Shown here: piece after piece, positions 51,646 to 64,000 of the stretch
Layout of the letters: every line of letters begins with the position of its first letter
How positions within the stretch are numbered: position 1 is the stretch's first letter
Origin: Eledone cirrhosa
Lineage: Eukaryota
Assembly: GCA_964016885.1 (NCBI GenBank)
Contig: OZ024740.1
Coordinates: 161,634,001-161,698,000 of the forward strand
Direction: 5' to 3'
Length of the DNA: 64,000 nucleotides
Program-made: the position numbers and the translations under genes
Notes under the pieces: model-generated
What the model saw: only the letters and a program-made list of their open reading frames with translations
The model's database searches: none
Told to the model about the DNA's origin: nothing

Positions 51646-54600
51646 AATATAGACATAGAATATTCGAAAATATTCTGTATGTTTATAATAAACATTTTGA
51701 AGACCTAATCGCTATAGAATAGAATACGTCACGTATTACAATTAGATTCTCGACAAAAGCAAGGGAAGTAATCTACGCGTTTCATTCTTGTTAGAAATCA
51801 TCAGGACTACATATCCAGTGCTTTTATCGAGAATGACACAGCTAGAGACTTATAGAATACTTAGCTGTGTACAGGAACTGGTTTGAAAGAGCGGTTGCCG
51901 GTCCGGCAGAAATTAGAAATTGGAATAAATGTTCTGAAATAGCGATATATATGTGAATATAGACATAGAATATTCGAAAATATTCTGTATGTTTATAATA
52001 AACATTTTGAAGACCTAATCGCTATAGAATAGAATACGTCACGTATTACAATTAGATTCTCGACAAAAGCAAGGGAAGTAATCTACGCGTTTCATTCTTG
52101 TTAGAAATCATCAGGACTACATATCCAGTGCTTTTATCGAGAATGACACAGCTAGAGACTTATAGAATACTTAGCTGTGTACAGGAACTGGTTTGAAAGA
52201 GCGGTTGCCGGTCCGGCAGAAATTAGAAATTGGAATAAATGTTCTGAAATAGCGATATATATGTGAATATAGACATAGAATATTCGAAAATATTCTGTAT
52301 GTTTATAATAAACATTTTGAAGACCTAATCGCTATAGAATAGAATACGTCACGTATTACAATTAGATTCTCGACAAAAGCAAGGGAAGTAATCTACGCGT
52401 TTCATTCTTGTTAGAAATCATCAGGACTACATATCCAGTGCTTTTATCGAGAATGACACAGCTAGAGACTTATAGAATACTTAGCTGTGTACAGGAACTG
52501 GTTTGAAAGAGCGGTTGCCGGTCCGGCAGAAATTAGAAATTGGAATAAATGTTCTGAAATAGCGATATATATGTGAATATAGACATAGAATATTCGAAAA
52601 TATTCTGTATGTTTATAATAAACATTTTGAAGACCTAATCGCTATAGAATAGAATACGTCACGTATTACAATTAGATTCTCGACAAAAGCAAGGGAAGTA
52701 ATCTACGCGTTTCATTCTTGTTAGAAATCATCAGGACTACATATCCAGTGCTTTTATCGAGAATGACACAGCTAGAGACTTATAGAATACTTAGCTGTGT
52801 ACAGGAACTGGTTTGAAAGAGCGGTTGCCGGTCCGGCAGAAATTAGAAATTGGAATAAATGTTCTGAAATAGCGATATATATGTGAATATAGACATAGAA
52901 TATTCGAAAATATTCTGTATGTTTATAATAAACATTTTGAAGACCTAATCGCTATAGAATAGAATACGTCACGTATTACAATTAGATTCTCGACAAAAGC
53001 AAGGGAAGTAATCTACGCGTTTCATTCTTGTTAGAAATCATCAGGACTACATATCCAGTGCTTTTATCGAGAATGACACAGCTAGAGACTTATAGAATAC
53101 TTAGCTGTGTACAGGAACTGGTTTGAAAGAGCGGTTGCCGGTCCGGCAGAAATTAGAAATTGGAATAAATGTTCTGAAATAGCGATATATATGTGAATAT
53201 AGACATAGAATATTCGAAAATATTCTGTATGTTTATAATAAACATTTTGAAGACCTAATCGCTATAGAATAGAATACGTCACGTATTACAATTAGATTCT
53301 CGACAAAAGCAAGGGAAGTAATCTACGCGTTTCATTCTTGTTAGAAATCATCAGGACTACATATCCAGTGCTTTTATCGAGAATGACACAGCTAGAGACT
53401 TATAGAATACTTAGCTGTGTACAGGAACTGGTTTGAAAGAGCGGTTGCCGGTCCGGCAGAAATTAGAAATTGGAATAAATGTTCTGAAATAGCGATATAT
53501 ATGTGAATATAGACATAGAATATTCGAAAATATTCTGTATGTTTATAATAAACATTTTGAAGACCTAATCGCTATAGAATAGAATACGTCACGTATTACA
53601 ATTAGATTCTCGACAAAAGCAAGGGAAGTAATCTACGCGTTTCATTCTTGTTAGAAATCATCAGGACTACATATCCAGTGCTTTTATCGAGAATGACACA
53701 GCTAGAGACTTATAGAATACTTAGCTGTGTACAGGAACTGGTTTGAAAGAGCGGTTGCCGGTCCGGCAGAAATTAGAAATTGGAATAAATGTTCTGAAAT
53801 AGCGATATATATGTGAATATAGACATAGAATATTCGAAAATATTCTGTATGTTTATAATAAACATTTTGAAGACCTAATCGCTATAGAATAGAATACGTC
53901 ACGTATTACAATTAGATTCTCGACAAAAGCAAGGGAAGTAATCTACGCGTTTCATTCTTGTTAGAAATCATCAGGACTACATATCCAGTGCTTTTATCGA
54001 GAATGACACAGCTAGAGACTTATAGAATACTTAGCTGTGTACAGGAACTGGTTTGAAAGAGCGGTTGCCGGTCCGGCAGAAATTAGAAATTGGAATAAAT
54101 GTTCTGAAATAGCGATATATATGTGAATATAGACATAGAATATTCGAAAATATTCTGTATGTTTATAATAAACATTTTGAAGACCTAATCGCTATAGAAT
54201 AGAATACGTCACGTATTACAATTAGATTCTCGACAAAAGCAAGGGAAGTAATCTACGCGTTTCATTCTTGTTAGAAATCATCAGGACTACATATCCAGTG
54301 CTTTTATCGAGAATGACACAGCTAGAGACTTATAGAATACTTAGCTGTGTACAGGAACTGGTTTGAAAGAGCGGTTGCCGGTCCGGCAGAAATTAGAAAT
54401 TGGAATAAATGTTCTGAAATAGCGATATATATGTGAATATAGACATAGAATATTCGAAAATATTCTGTATGTTTATAATAAACATTTTGAAGACCTAATC
54501 GCTATAGAATAGGATACGTCACGTATTACAATTAGATTCTCGACAAAAGCAAGGGAAGTAATCTACGCGTTTCATTCTTGTTAGAAATCATCAGGACTAC

Positions 54601-54837
54601 ATATCCAGTGCTTTTATCGAGAATGACACAGCTAGAGACTTATAGAATACTTAGCTGTGTACAGGAACTGGTTTGAAAGAGCGGTTGCCGGTCCGGCAGA
54701 AATTAGAAATTGGAATAAATGTTCTGAAATAGCGATATATATGTGAATATAGACATAGAATATTCGAAAATATTCTGTATGTTTATAATAAACATTTTGA
54801 AGACCTAATCGCTATAGAATAGAATACGTCACGTATT
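51641..54837 (-). repeat. 310-bp tandem array, 10.3 copies, one HHR per full unit on the minus strand
   Basis: Unit starts at 51641+310n up to 54741; HHR at 51768-51810+310n; only one substitution noticed (~54513). Confidence 0.97.
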
Positions 54838-56076
54838 CCAATTTCTAATTTCTGCCGGACCGGCAACCGCTCTTTCAAACCAGTTCCTGTACACAGCTAA
54901 GTATTCTATAAGTCTCTAGCTGTGTCATTCTCGATAAAAGCACTGGATATGTAGTCCTGATGATTTCTAACAAGAATGAAACGCGTAGATTACTTCCCTT
55001 GCTTTTGTCGAGAATCTAATTGTAATACGTGACGTATTCTATTCTATAGCGATTAGGTCTTCAAAATGTTTATTATAAACATACAGAATATTTTCGAATA
55101 TTCTATGTCTATATTCACATATATATCGCTATTTCAGAACATTTATTCCAATTTCTAATTTCTGCCGGACCGGCAACCGCTCTTTCAAACCAGTTCCTGT
55201 ACACAGCTAAGTATTCTATAAGTCTCTAGCTGTGTCATTCTCGATAAAAGCACTGGATATGTAGTCCTGATGATTTCTAACAAGAATGAAACGCGTAGAT
55301 TACTTCCCTTGCTTTTGTCGAGAATCTAATTGTAATACGTGACGTATTCTATTCTATAGCGATTAGGTCTTCAAAATGTTTATTATAAACATACAGAATA
55401 TTTTCGAATATTCTATGTCTATATTCACATATATATCGCTATTTCAGAACATTTATTCCAATTTCTAATTTCTGCCGGACCGGCAACCGCTCTTTCAAAC
55501 CAGTTCCTGTACACAGCTAAGTATTCTATAAGTCTCTAGCTGTGTCATTCTCGATAAAAGCACTGGATATGTAGTCCTGATGATTTCTAACAAGAATGAA
55601 ACGCGTAGATTACTTCCCTTGCTTTTGTCGAGAATCTAATTGTAATACGTGACGTATTCTATTCTATAGCGATTAGGTCTTCAAAATGTTTATTATAAAC
55701 ATACAGAATATTTTCGAATATTCTATGTCTATATTCACATATATATCGCTATTTCAGAACATTTATTCCAATTTCTAATTTCTGCCGGACCGGCAACCGC
55801 TCTTTCAAACCAGTTCCTGTACACAGCTAAGTATTCTATAAGTCTCTAGCTGTGTCATTCTCGATAAAAGCACTGGATATGTAGTCCTGATGATTTCTAA
55901 CAAGAATGAAACGCGTAGATTACTTCCCTTGCTTTTGTCGAGAATCTAATTGTAATACGTGACGTATTCTATTCTATAGCGATTAGGTCTTCAAAATGTT
56001 TATTATAAACATACAGAATATTTTCGAATATTCTATGTCTATATTCACATATATATCGCTATTTCAGAACATTTAT

Positions 56077-56082
<6 letters not shown>
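54834..56082 (+). repeat. Same 310-bp unit inverted, 4 copies, HHRs on the plus strand
   Basis: Unit starts at 54834, 55144, 55454, 55764; HHRs at 54951, 55261, 55571, 55881. Confidence 0.97.
54927..55015 (+). ncRNA. Type I hammerhead ribozyme with long stem I (representative of 14 copies)
   Basis: ATTCTCGATAAAAGCA..GTAGTC-CTGATGA-T-TTCT-AACA-AGAA-T-GAAAC-GC-GT-A-GATTAC..TGCTTTTGTCGAGAAT. Confidence 0.85.
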
Positions 56083-56160
<78 letters not shown>

Positions 56161-56169
56161 ATATGTATG

Positions 56170-56915
56170 AATATATATCTATCTCTGTAACCATCGACCA
56201 CCCAAACCTCTTCATCTCTACTTCCATTTTCTATAAATTCACTAACTCCTACATTCATTTCAACTTCGCCCCTACCCAGTCCATCCACTCTAAATCTTCC
56301 ACCCTCTACTCACAATTCCTATGTCTTCGTCACCTTTGCAGCAAAGATCAGGTGTTTGAGACTCAGTCTCACCAAATGGCTCACCATTTTTGTGTAGCGT
56401 GGCTACCCATACAGGAATATTCACAACATTCTTCTTCGTGTCTACAAAGTTGGTCGTATTTCAGCTCAGTCACTCTGCACTCGCCCCATCCTTGACAGTT
56501 TGCCCTCCTTTGTCATATTCCATCCTAACACCTTACCTCTTCAAAGGTCCATTCTAAGTACTTTTCGCCTCCTTCTTTAGACCCCGATACCTCCTCCATA
56601 TCCCATAAATCCCTCCATTAAACGGGTCTCTAGCTTGTGTAACCTCTTGGTCTGCAGCGTTTCTATTTCTAAAATGCAACCCGGGTCCTTCTCTTCTTCC
56701 CGAACCTATCGCAACACTTACCTAAACATCAACAACATTCCCAAACTCAATGAACCCAAGTAACATACCCCTCCCTATCACTGACCACTTCACCTGTACC
56801 ACTAGTAATGTGATCAACTGTATTAGATAATATGTATGTCACCTCATGTGCATAGAAGAAACTGGCCGCAACTTGGCAGAACTTTTCACCGAATATCTAT
56901 GAGATATCCGCTCCA
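56170..56915 (+). pseudogene. Highly degenerate Neptune-type PLE (RT thumb + GIY-YIG)
   Basis: YKFTNSYIHF...YSQFLCLRHLCS and ITDHFTCTTSNVINCI...ETGRNLAELFTEYL*DIR. Confidence 0.7.
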
Positions 56916-56934
56916 AATAACACCATTATATACA

Positions 56935-57114
56935 TTGGCAGTATCGGTAGAGGGTCAGACGCCATGCTTTTCAGCATAGAGTTACGGCCCTTTGTGGTCT
57001 GAGTTCAAATCCCGCCGAGGTTAACTTTGACTTTCATCCTTACGGGGTCGATAAAATAAAGCACCAGTAATGTACTGGGTAATTCCTGGCTTTGTGCCAA
57101 AAGTAGAAACAATT
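56935..57114 (+). mobile_element. Deu/Nin-like tRNA SINE
   Basis: Same family motifs as 4531-4715. Confidence 0.8.
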
Positions 57115-57285
57115 ATATACATCTCAAATACTGGTTACACCAATTCTCCATACACATACATCTACATTGACTGCATATATCATTCACACACATACATCAG
57201 TGTACAAAAATCCTCACTAACCCCACATACTCATAACTCTGAATTCACACAAATCCTTACTGTCAATTGTAAAGGCTTAATTGAA

Positions 57286-57369
<84 letters not shown>

Positions 57370-58514
57370 TGTTTCTTTTATTATTTAGTCAGAGAAGAAA
57401 ACTGCAATACCTATAATCCCTTTCAGGTTTTCCGAGATATATGTGAGGAAGGGGTTAACTATACCCAAACCAAAGATCTGACCCGAATTCTCACAAGAAA
57501 CCGGATTCTTCTAGAGGCATCTAAGTATCCAAACTGGCAACTCAGTAAGTCGAAGTAGGCAGCAGCTGAATTTGAACTCACAGTGCAAGGAATTGGAATA
57601 AATACCGCACTAATGATCTAACAGTTAATTCTACTAATCAACCGCCCAGGATTTCAATTTATTTTATCGACGCCTAAGGGATAAATGACAATGTCGATAG
57701 TGTGAGAACATCTTTTTTCTCTCTCCCACCAGTCTTAAAAGCTCAGAAAAGTGATCTTGGATACTATTTCTTCTGCTCTGAATAAACCATTAAGAAAGGT
57801 AGGAAGTGGTTCGTTAGAATCAAGGTTGAACCACAGATTAAAATTCAGACATTGTGAAGCTATTTCACCACACCCAAGGTCATAATTGTAATGAGCACTT
57901 TGTCATTTGTTTTGTCAACCATATCTTCCAGGTTCATTTTCAAATCATAGTATTTACATTTTCTTGTCCACCTTACTTGCAATGCTGTCTGTCTGTTGTC
58001 AGAGACGCAAGTCATGCGTCTTTAATCTCTTCAAGATCTTCTCCAGCTGATATGTAGCGATCTTGTATCTGACTTCATATGTATATTGGAGAAATGGCAG
58101 AATCGTTCAAGCAGCGGACGAATTGCTCCATAGTATTTCTTCCGGGTCTTTATGTTCTGAGTTCAAATAATGCCGATTCCCGCTTCATCTTACATACTTT
58201 CACTTGATGAAATTAAATACTTGTCCATAGCGATAGATTAGCAGAATCGGTAGAACATCGGAAAAAATAGCCTTCGTATTTGTTTTGGCTATTATTTACC
58301 TTCCGAGTTAACTCTATATAATATAACCATACTCTACTACCCCAAGTATCGAGTACTCTGTTGAGTAATGATCTCACCAGTTTCAAACTGATTCGATCCT
58401 GACTTATTACAATGTAAAGACGCTTGAACCTACAAGTTCTTTTCTTTTCAATACGTATAGTAGAAGTGGTAGTGGCGGTGGAAGACGTTTTAGCAGCAAT
58501 ATTAACTGTAATGA

Positions 58515-58701
58515 GGGCGGTGGATTGGCAGTATCGGTAGAGGGTACGACGCCATGCTTTGCAGCAAAGAGTTACGGCCCTTTATGATCTGAGTTCAAAT
58601 CCCGCCGAGGTTAACTTTGCCTTTCATCCTTACGGGGTCGATAAAATAAAGTACCAGTAATACACTGGGATAATTGTTGGCCTTGTGCCAAAAGTAGAAA
58701 G
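58515..58701 (+). mobile_element. Deu/Nin-like tRNA SINE (full); inverted partial copy at ~58878-59028
   Basis: Same family motifs. Confidence 0.82.
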
Positions 58702-59061
58702 AAATATTAACCGTAATAGCAGTAGACGTAGCAGTGATGTTAAGGGATTAAATTCGTCATAGTGGTAATTTTTTGTGGTGTGGGGGAGAGGAAACTTTGT
58801 AGTGATTTCTTGTCTTTCTTACCACTAACTAAATACACAACTTTCTTGTGTCAATATAAGAAACCATTATAATACAACACAAGGCCAGCAATTTCTGAGG
58901 TGGGGAAAGTCGATTAAATCGACCCCAGTGTGAGACTGGTACTTTATTTTATCAACCCCGTAAGGATGAATTCAGATCGTATAGGGTCGTAACTCTATGT
59001 TGCAAAGCATGACATCCGACCCTCTATCGCGGGTAACCACAGTAAGTAAGTTACTCAATAC

Positions 59062-59117
59062 ATGGGCTTCCTGAAGATTTCTCCCGAATGAAACAGTTCT
59101 AGTCCAGTAGAAGCCAT
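59062..59117 (+). ncRNA. Type I hammerhead motif
   Basis: GGCTTC-CTGAAGA-T-TTC-TCCC-GAA-T-GAAAC-AGTTCTAGTCCA-GT-A-GAAGCC. Confidence 0.6.
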
Positions 59118-59148
59118 TTCTATATTAAATATATATATGTATGTATAA

Positions 59149-59210
<62 letters not shown>

Positions 59211-59577
59211 ATATAGCCGTGTGTATCTCTACGGTGAAAAGACGAATAAAGGGAAACTCAATACATGGGTAGAGTACAAGTTTAATATCTTGTTTATAGT
59301 TCAGCTCAGCATTTTACTATTTCAAGTAGCATATCCTCGGGGTATCCTTGAAGTATCCTTCGGGAATGATCAATTAACCCTTAAGGCAATACTCAGGCGA
59401 GAATGCAGTATTAGAACTGTTAAGCTCTCGTAGTCGATAGTAATAGTTTAGCAGTTCTGATTATTTCACTAAGGATTCCCTGAGGACGCCTAAATCCGGC
59501 CTAAGGATATAATACTTGAAATAACAAAAAATTCTACGCTGAACCATAACCAATCTCTCTCTCTCTTTATATATATA

Positions 59578-59908
<331 letters not shown>

Positions 59909-60611
59909 AGGAGGTGAGTTTTATTGTATAATAAATCAATGCAAATATCGGATAAGTAGCACTCTACAGTTTGTATTAAAAATGCTATAGTTAGTAATAT
60001 TGGAAAAAGAATATCAAACCTATCCTCTAATAAAAATATCTTTGCTGCGAACGTCAATTACTATAATAATGCGCTTTCTAAAGCCGGTTATCCTGATAAA
60101 ATTAAATACAGTAAAGAAACCAATCCTAGAAGGTCTTACAGTAAAATAATTAATTATGATCATTCCAATAACTTAAATAAAAGACCTAGATACAAAAATA
60201 TAATCTGGTATAATGCTTCTTTCTCTATTTCTATTAATAATAATATTCCTAAACTATTCTTTAGGGCCTTAGATAAATGCTTCCCTCCCTCATATATCTA
60301 TAGTAAAATCTTTAACAAACATACAATAACATTTTCCTATTCCGCCTCCTCCAACATCTCTAACATTATCTCTAAACACAACAATAAAATATTAAATATT
60401 AAATCACATCCTTCCAACACTGAGTGTCATAATAATAGCAGTAGTACTCCCGACGTCATTGTTAACTCTAGGCTAGATTCTGCAAACCCAAATACGACGT
60501 CAAACGTAACTTCGTTGAATGTTCATAATACCAATCTAAATCAGGAAACTATTATTCCTATCGTAAATAACTTCTCCAATCCAATTCCTCCTATAAATAA
60601 CACTAGGTCAC

Positions 60612-61073
60612 TTGTTAATAACTGTTAATTTCTCTACTCGCAATTGTAATTGCCCTGTTAAAACTAAATGTCCTCTCAATAACCATTGTCTTGAAAAAAA
60701 CTTAGTCTATGAATGTAAGGTTATAACTGATACCAATTCCTTTACCTATTTCGGTTCCACTTCCACCGCCTTCAAAGCGAGATTTTATAATCACATTTCG
60801 TCTTTTAGATACCAACTTAAAAGAACTAACACGGCACTCTCAGAACTCATATGGTCCTTGAAAGACAAAAATATTAACTATAACATCTCTTGGAGGAAAG
60901 TTTGTTCTGTCTCTCCCTACTTGAATGCCTCCCTATCCAGAACGTGTAATCTTTGCCTATCTGAGAAATTTACCATTATATCTAATTTAGATTCTATAAT
61001 AAATAGACGCACTGATTTATTTTCTCTCTGCTTGCATAAATTCCACAGAACATTCCATAAAGTATACAGCTAA
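60612..61073 (+). CDS. PLE GIY-YIG endonuclease domain (fragment)
   Basis: CNC..CPL..CL..LVY....YFGST..FKARFYNH..SFR..T.LS..IW.LK...CNLCLSEK...C.H. Confidence 0.85.
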   Translation: MLITVNFSTRNCNCPVKTKCPLNNHCLEKNLVYECKVITDTNSFTYFGSTSTAFKARFYNHISSFRYQLKRTNTALSELIWSLKDKNINYNISWRKVCSVSPYLNASLSRTCNLCLSEKFTIISNLDSIINRRTDLFSLCLHKFHRTFHKVYS

Positions 61074-62196
61074 TATCTAATACTTTACTAGTTTAAAATC
61101 CTTTTTCTCAAAGGCTTATATAATTTTTTTTAAATATACCCGTCTTTCTACCTTATTTCAATATTATTTATTATATATTATATAATACAAGTTACTCATT
61201 CTATATCATTCCTCTTTTCTTTTTTCTTTTTAATTTCTAACCTCTAATCTGTACTTTTTCTTCCTAACTACTTCTCAATTCTTACAACATTATCCACTCT
61301 TCCATCTTTCTTCATATCATTGGCCATAAAAATTATTATTATCTTTTAAATACATTATAGTATTACCTTTAATAGTCCTTCATAAACATAAACATTTTTT
61401 GACGTTAGACTTTTCTTCCTTAAGTTCCTTATCTCTTCCTTTCATGCTCGTTTGACTTTTACATATTACATATTACAATACATAAAAACAAACTTAAACC
61501 CTAACTAATTTCCTTTAATATATTATATTATTACCATTAGAAAATATTTCGTAAACATATATTTTGATGTTAGATATTTTCTTCCTTAAACATTCTTTTC
61601 TTCTTTGGTTTCTGCGCTCATTTTTAAACAAACTATTTACATATATTACGCACACATATTACATTACATAAAAACAAACTTAAACACAAACTAATTCCTC
61701 TAAATTCATAACTCATCCACTCTTCTACTTCTTTTCACATTATATCCTTAATAACATTAATATTTTTATTTTAATAATACATATTAACAATTTATTTTCC
61801 TCGCACATATTATTAAACCCTTCAATATACAAACCTTAATTTAATATTATTCTTAACCCCTTTTTCTCTTCATCAACTTTTAATTTCAAATTCTTTTAAA
61901 TTATCTATTATCTTCCAACGGCTTTTTAACTTCTCTCTGTGAGACAATATATATTTTTCTCAGTTGTAAAGGCTATCTCTCTCTCTCTATCACCGATCTC
62001 TCCTCCTCTCTCATCTTATACTCCTACCCCCACCATTCTTTACTCTCATCTCCTCCTCTTCCTTACCCTTTCCACCCCACCCCACCCACCCCTCACTTTT
62101 TCCCAATATCACACATCAATGTTAAATTATTTTTCATATGTTGATTTAAAACTTCACTATTCACAAGTGTTTTTTAACTTTCATATCATGTATCCC

Positions 62197-62267
62197 TATT
62201 TTATCTGACGAAAACGCTGATATCGTCTCATGATGATATTTGTTTTTGAAATGCGCATAATAAAATA
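62197..62267 (+). ncRNA. Type I hammerhead with long stem II
   Basis: TATTTTAT-CTGACGA-[AAACG..GATATCGTC-TCAT-GATGATATT-TGTTTTT]-GAAA-TGCGCA-TA-ATAAAATA. Confidence 0.75.
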
Positions 62268-62305
62268 CTTGGAACTCTTTTAACCATCTTTTGATCTTAT
62301 ATTAT

Positions 62306-62835
<530 letters not shown>

Positions 62836-63438
62836 ATATGTATATATATATATATATTATTTTCGATAATGTCAGTATTGCATGTCATAATTCTCGATTA
62901 TCATTGGTTCATAGGTTTCAAACGACTCTGCCCACCTCAACGACTCCAAAATTAAATTAATATGCATAATGCCAATGAGGGAGTGAGGGGGGAGAGTAAA
63001 AAACAGAGAGGCAAAGTTGGATACACTATGTATATGTGTCAGTGTAGAGACATGTGTGTGATGTGTGTGGAAATAAGAAGAGAAGGAAAGCAATAACTAT
63101 TAACATGTGTGCGTGTGTATGTGTACGTGCGCGTATATTTATGTGTACGTGCGCGTATATTTATGTGTGTGTGCGTGCGTGCAGCGTTCCACAGAAAGTA
63201 AAAACTATCAACATGTGTGAGTGTGTGCGGGTGTGTAAGTGCACGGGTGCGTGTGTAAGTTTGCGTGCGTGTACGCGTAACCATGCGTGTATGTGTGTGT
63301 ACGTGCGGCGTTCCACAATCGCCACGCAGTTTATCTGTCTGTGTGCCTGTCTGTCAGGGAGTAAATAGGGACCTTTTTTTTACATTGACGGACATCTTTT
63401 ATATTTATTATTGTGTCATTTTTTTACAATTGCTCGAA

Positions 63439-63675
63439 ATGAATACTGATATGAAAAGCAATTCGACTTTATCAAACAGTGACCTACAGCGGCGACGGCA
63501 TGCAGCCTGGAATGAAGAAAAGCGGGCTGAACAGCGCCATCGGAACGCCGAACTTCAGAGGCGAAGACGTGCCGCCATGAATGACGAGGAGCTGGCTGAA
63601 CAACGCCAATGAAACACTGGAGCCAAGCAGCGACGGCGTGCTGCGATGGTTGAAGACGAACTGGCTGAGCATCAT
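63439..63675 (+). pseudogene. 23-aa (STPR-like) repeat fragment, probably a Helitron Rep/Hel N-terminus
   Basis: QRRRHAAWNEEKRAEQRHRNAEL / QRRRRAAMNDEELAEQRQ*NTGA / KQRRRAAMVEDELAEH; 69-bp period with an internal stop. Confidence 0.5.
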
Positions 63676-64000
63676 CTTTTATATTAATTATCTATATCTA
63701 CATATAATATAAAAGATTGGAACTTCCATCATCCTTTTGAGAAACGTGGAACAACCACGTCTATGCAATGATACACGTTTTACAGTCAGGCAGAAGATGA
63801 ACCATCTCCTAGAGGTCACTATTCTAGGTGGGAACACCTAGAATTGTTCATATACTATGCACAAACGGTACAACGAAGAATGTGGTATATCTGGAAGATT
63901 TCTTTTACTGTTTTTTGTATCACAGAGACACCACGGATTCACCTCATACTGTAACCAGACAAACATCCAATACAGTCATTTTCTCTATTACCAGTCTTCT

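Larger units (their letters stand above)
59940..62300 (+). mobile_element. 5'-truncated PLE (thumb + GIY-YIG, long AT-rich 3' region, terminal HHR)
   Basis: [44 protein letters not shown]; same subtype as the 1873-3590 element. Confidence 0.85.

Noticed and set aside
51411-56190. Coding potential or endless ORF in the 310-bp unit
   Set aside because: The unit's ATG frame (MFIINIQ...) stops after ~30 codons; the longer tracked ORFs only run into flanking microsatellites.
57850-58080. Possible host exon
   Set aside because: Stops in all minus-strand frames and no recognisable protein in the short plus-strand ORF.
58515-58701. tRNA genes at B-box motifs
   Set aside because: No cloverleaf; the motifs are heads of multi-copy SINEs.
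59290-59555. HHR in an imperfect inverted repeat (CTGAGGA..)
   Set aside because: No GAAA box; too degenerate to call.

Overview
AT-rich animal DNA with no recognisable host gene. The SINE types and the (TA)n/(TG)n/(AAT)n density suggest a cephalopod such as Octopus (inference). The window is almost entirely mobile DNA and repeats. (1) Four minus-strand Tx1/L1-clade LINEs (ORF1 with CCHC knuckle; ORF2 APE-RT-Cys-rich), three of them interleaved in opposite orientation with three plus-strand R4/Dong-like RT-RLE LINE pieces in a ~19 kb (AAT)n-anchored cluster (29.4-48.7 kb). (2) Several Penelope-like element (PLE) remnants of at least three GIY-YIG subtypes, with inverted pseudo-LTRs, plus PLE-like fold-back palindromes sitting in (TA)n. 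(3) More than 20 type I hammerhead ribozyme (HHR) motifs, 14 of them in a near-perfect 310-bp head-to-head tandem array (51.6-56.1 kb) resembling a recently inserted retrozyme/circular-RNA multimer. (4) tRNA-derived SINEs, MITEs, minisatellites, a CR1-like end and a Helitron-like STPR fragment. Most notable: the retrozyme-like array, a recurrent U.U-closed stem II HHR variant across unrelated repeat families, a conserved AG|GTAAGT plus pyrimidine tract plus AG cassette at the ORF1/ORF2 junction of all four Tx1-like LINEs, and apparent (TAA)n co-targeting by two LINE clades. All calls were made by eye, without database searches or folding software.
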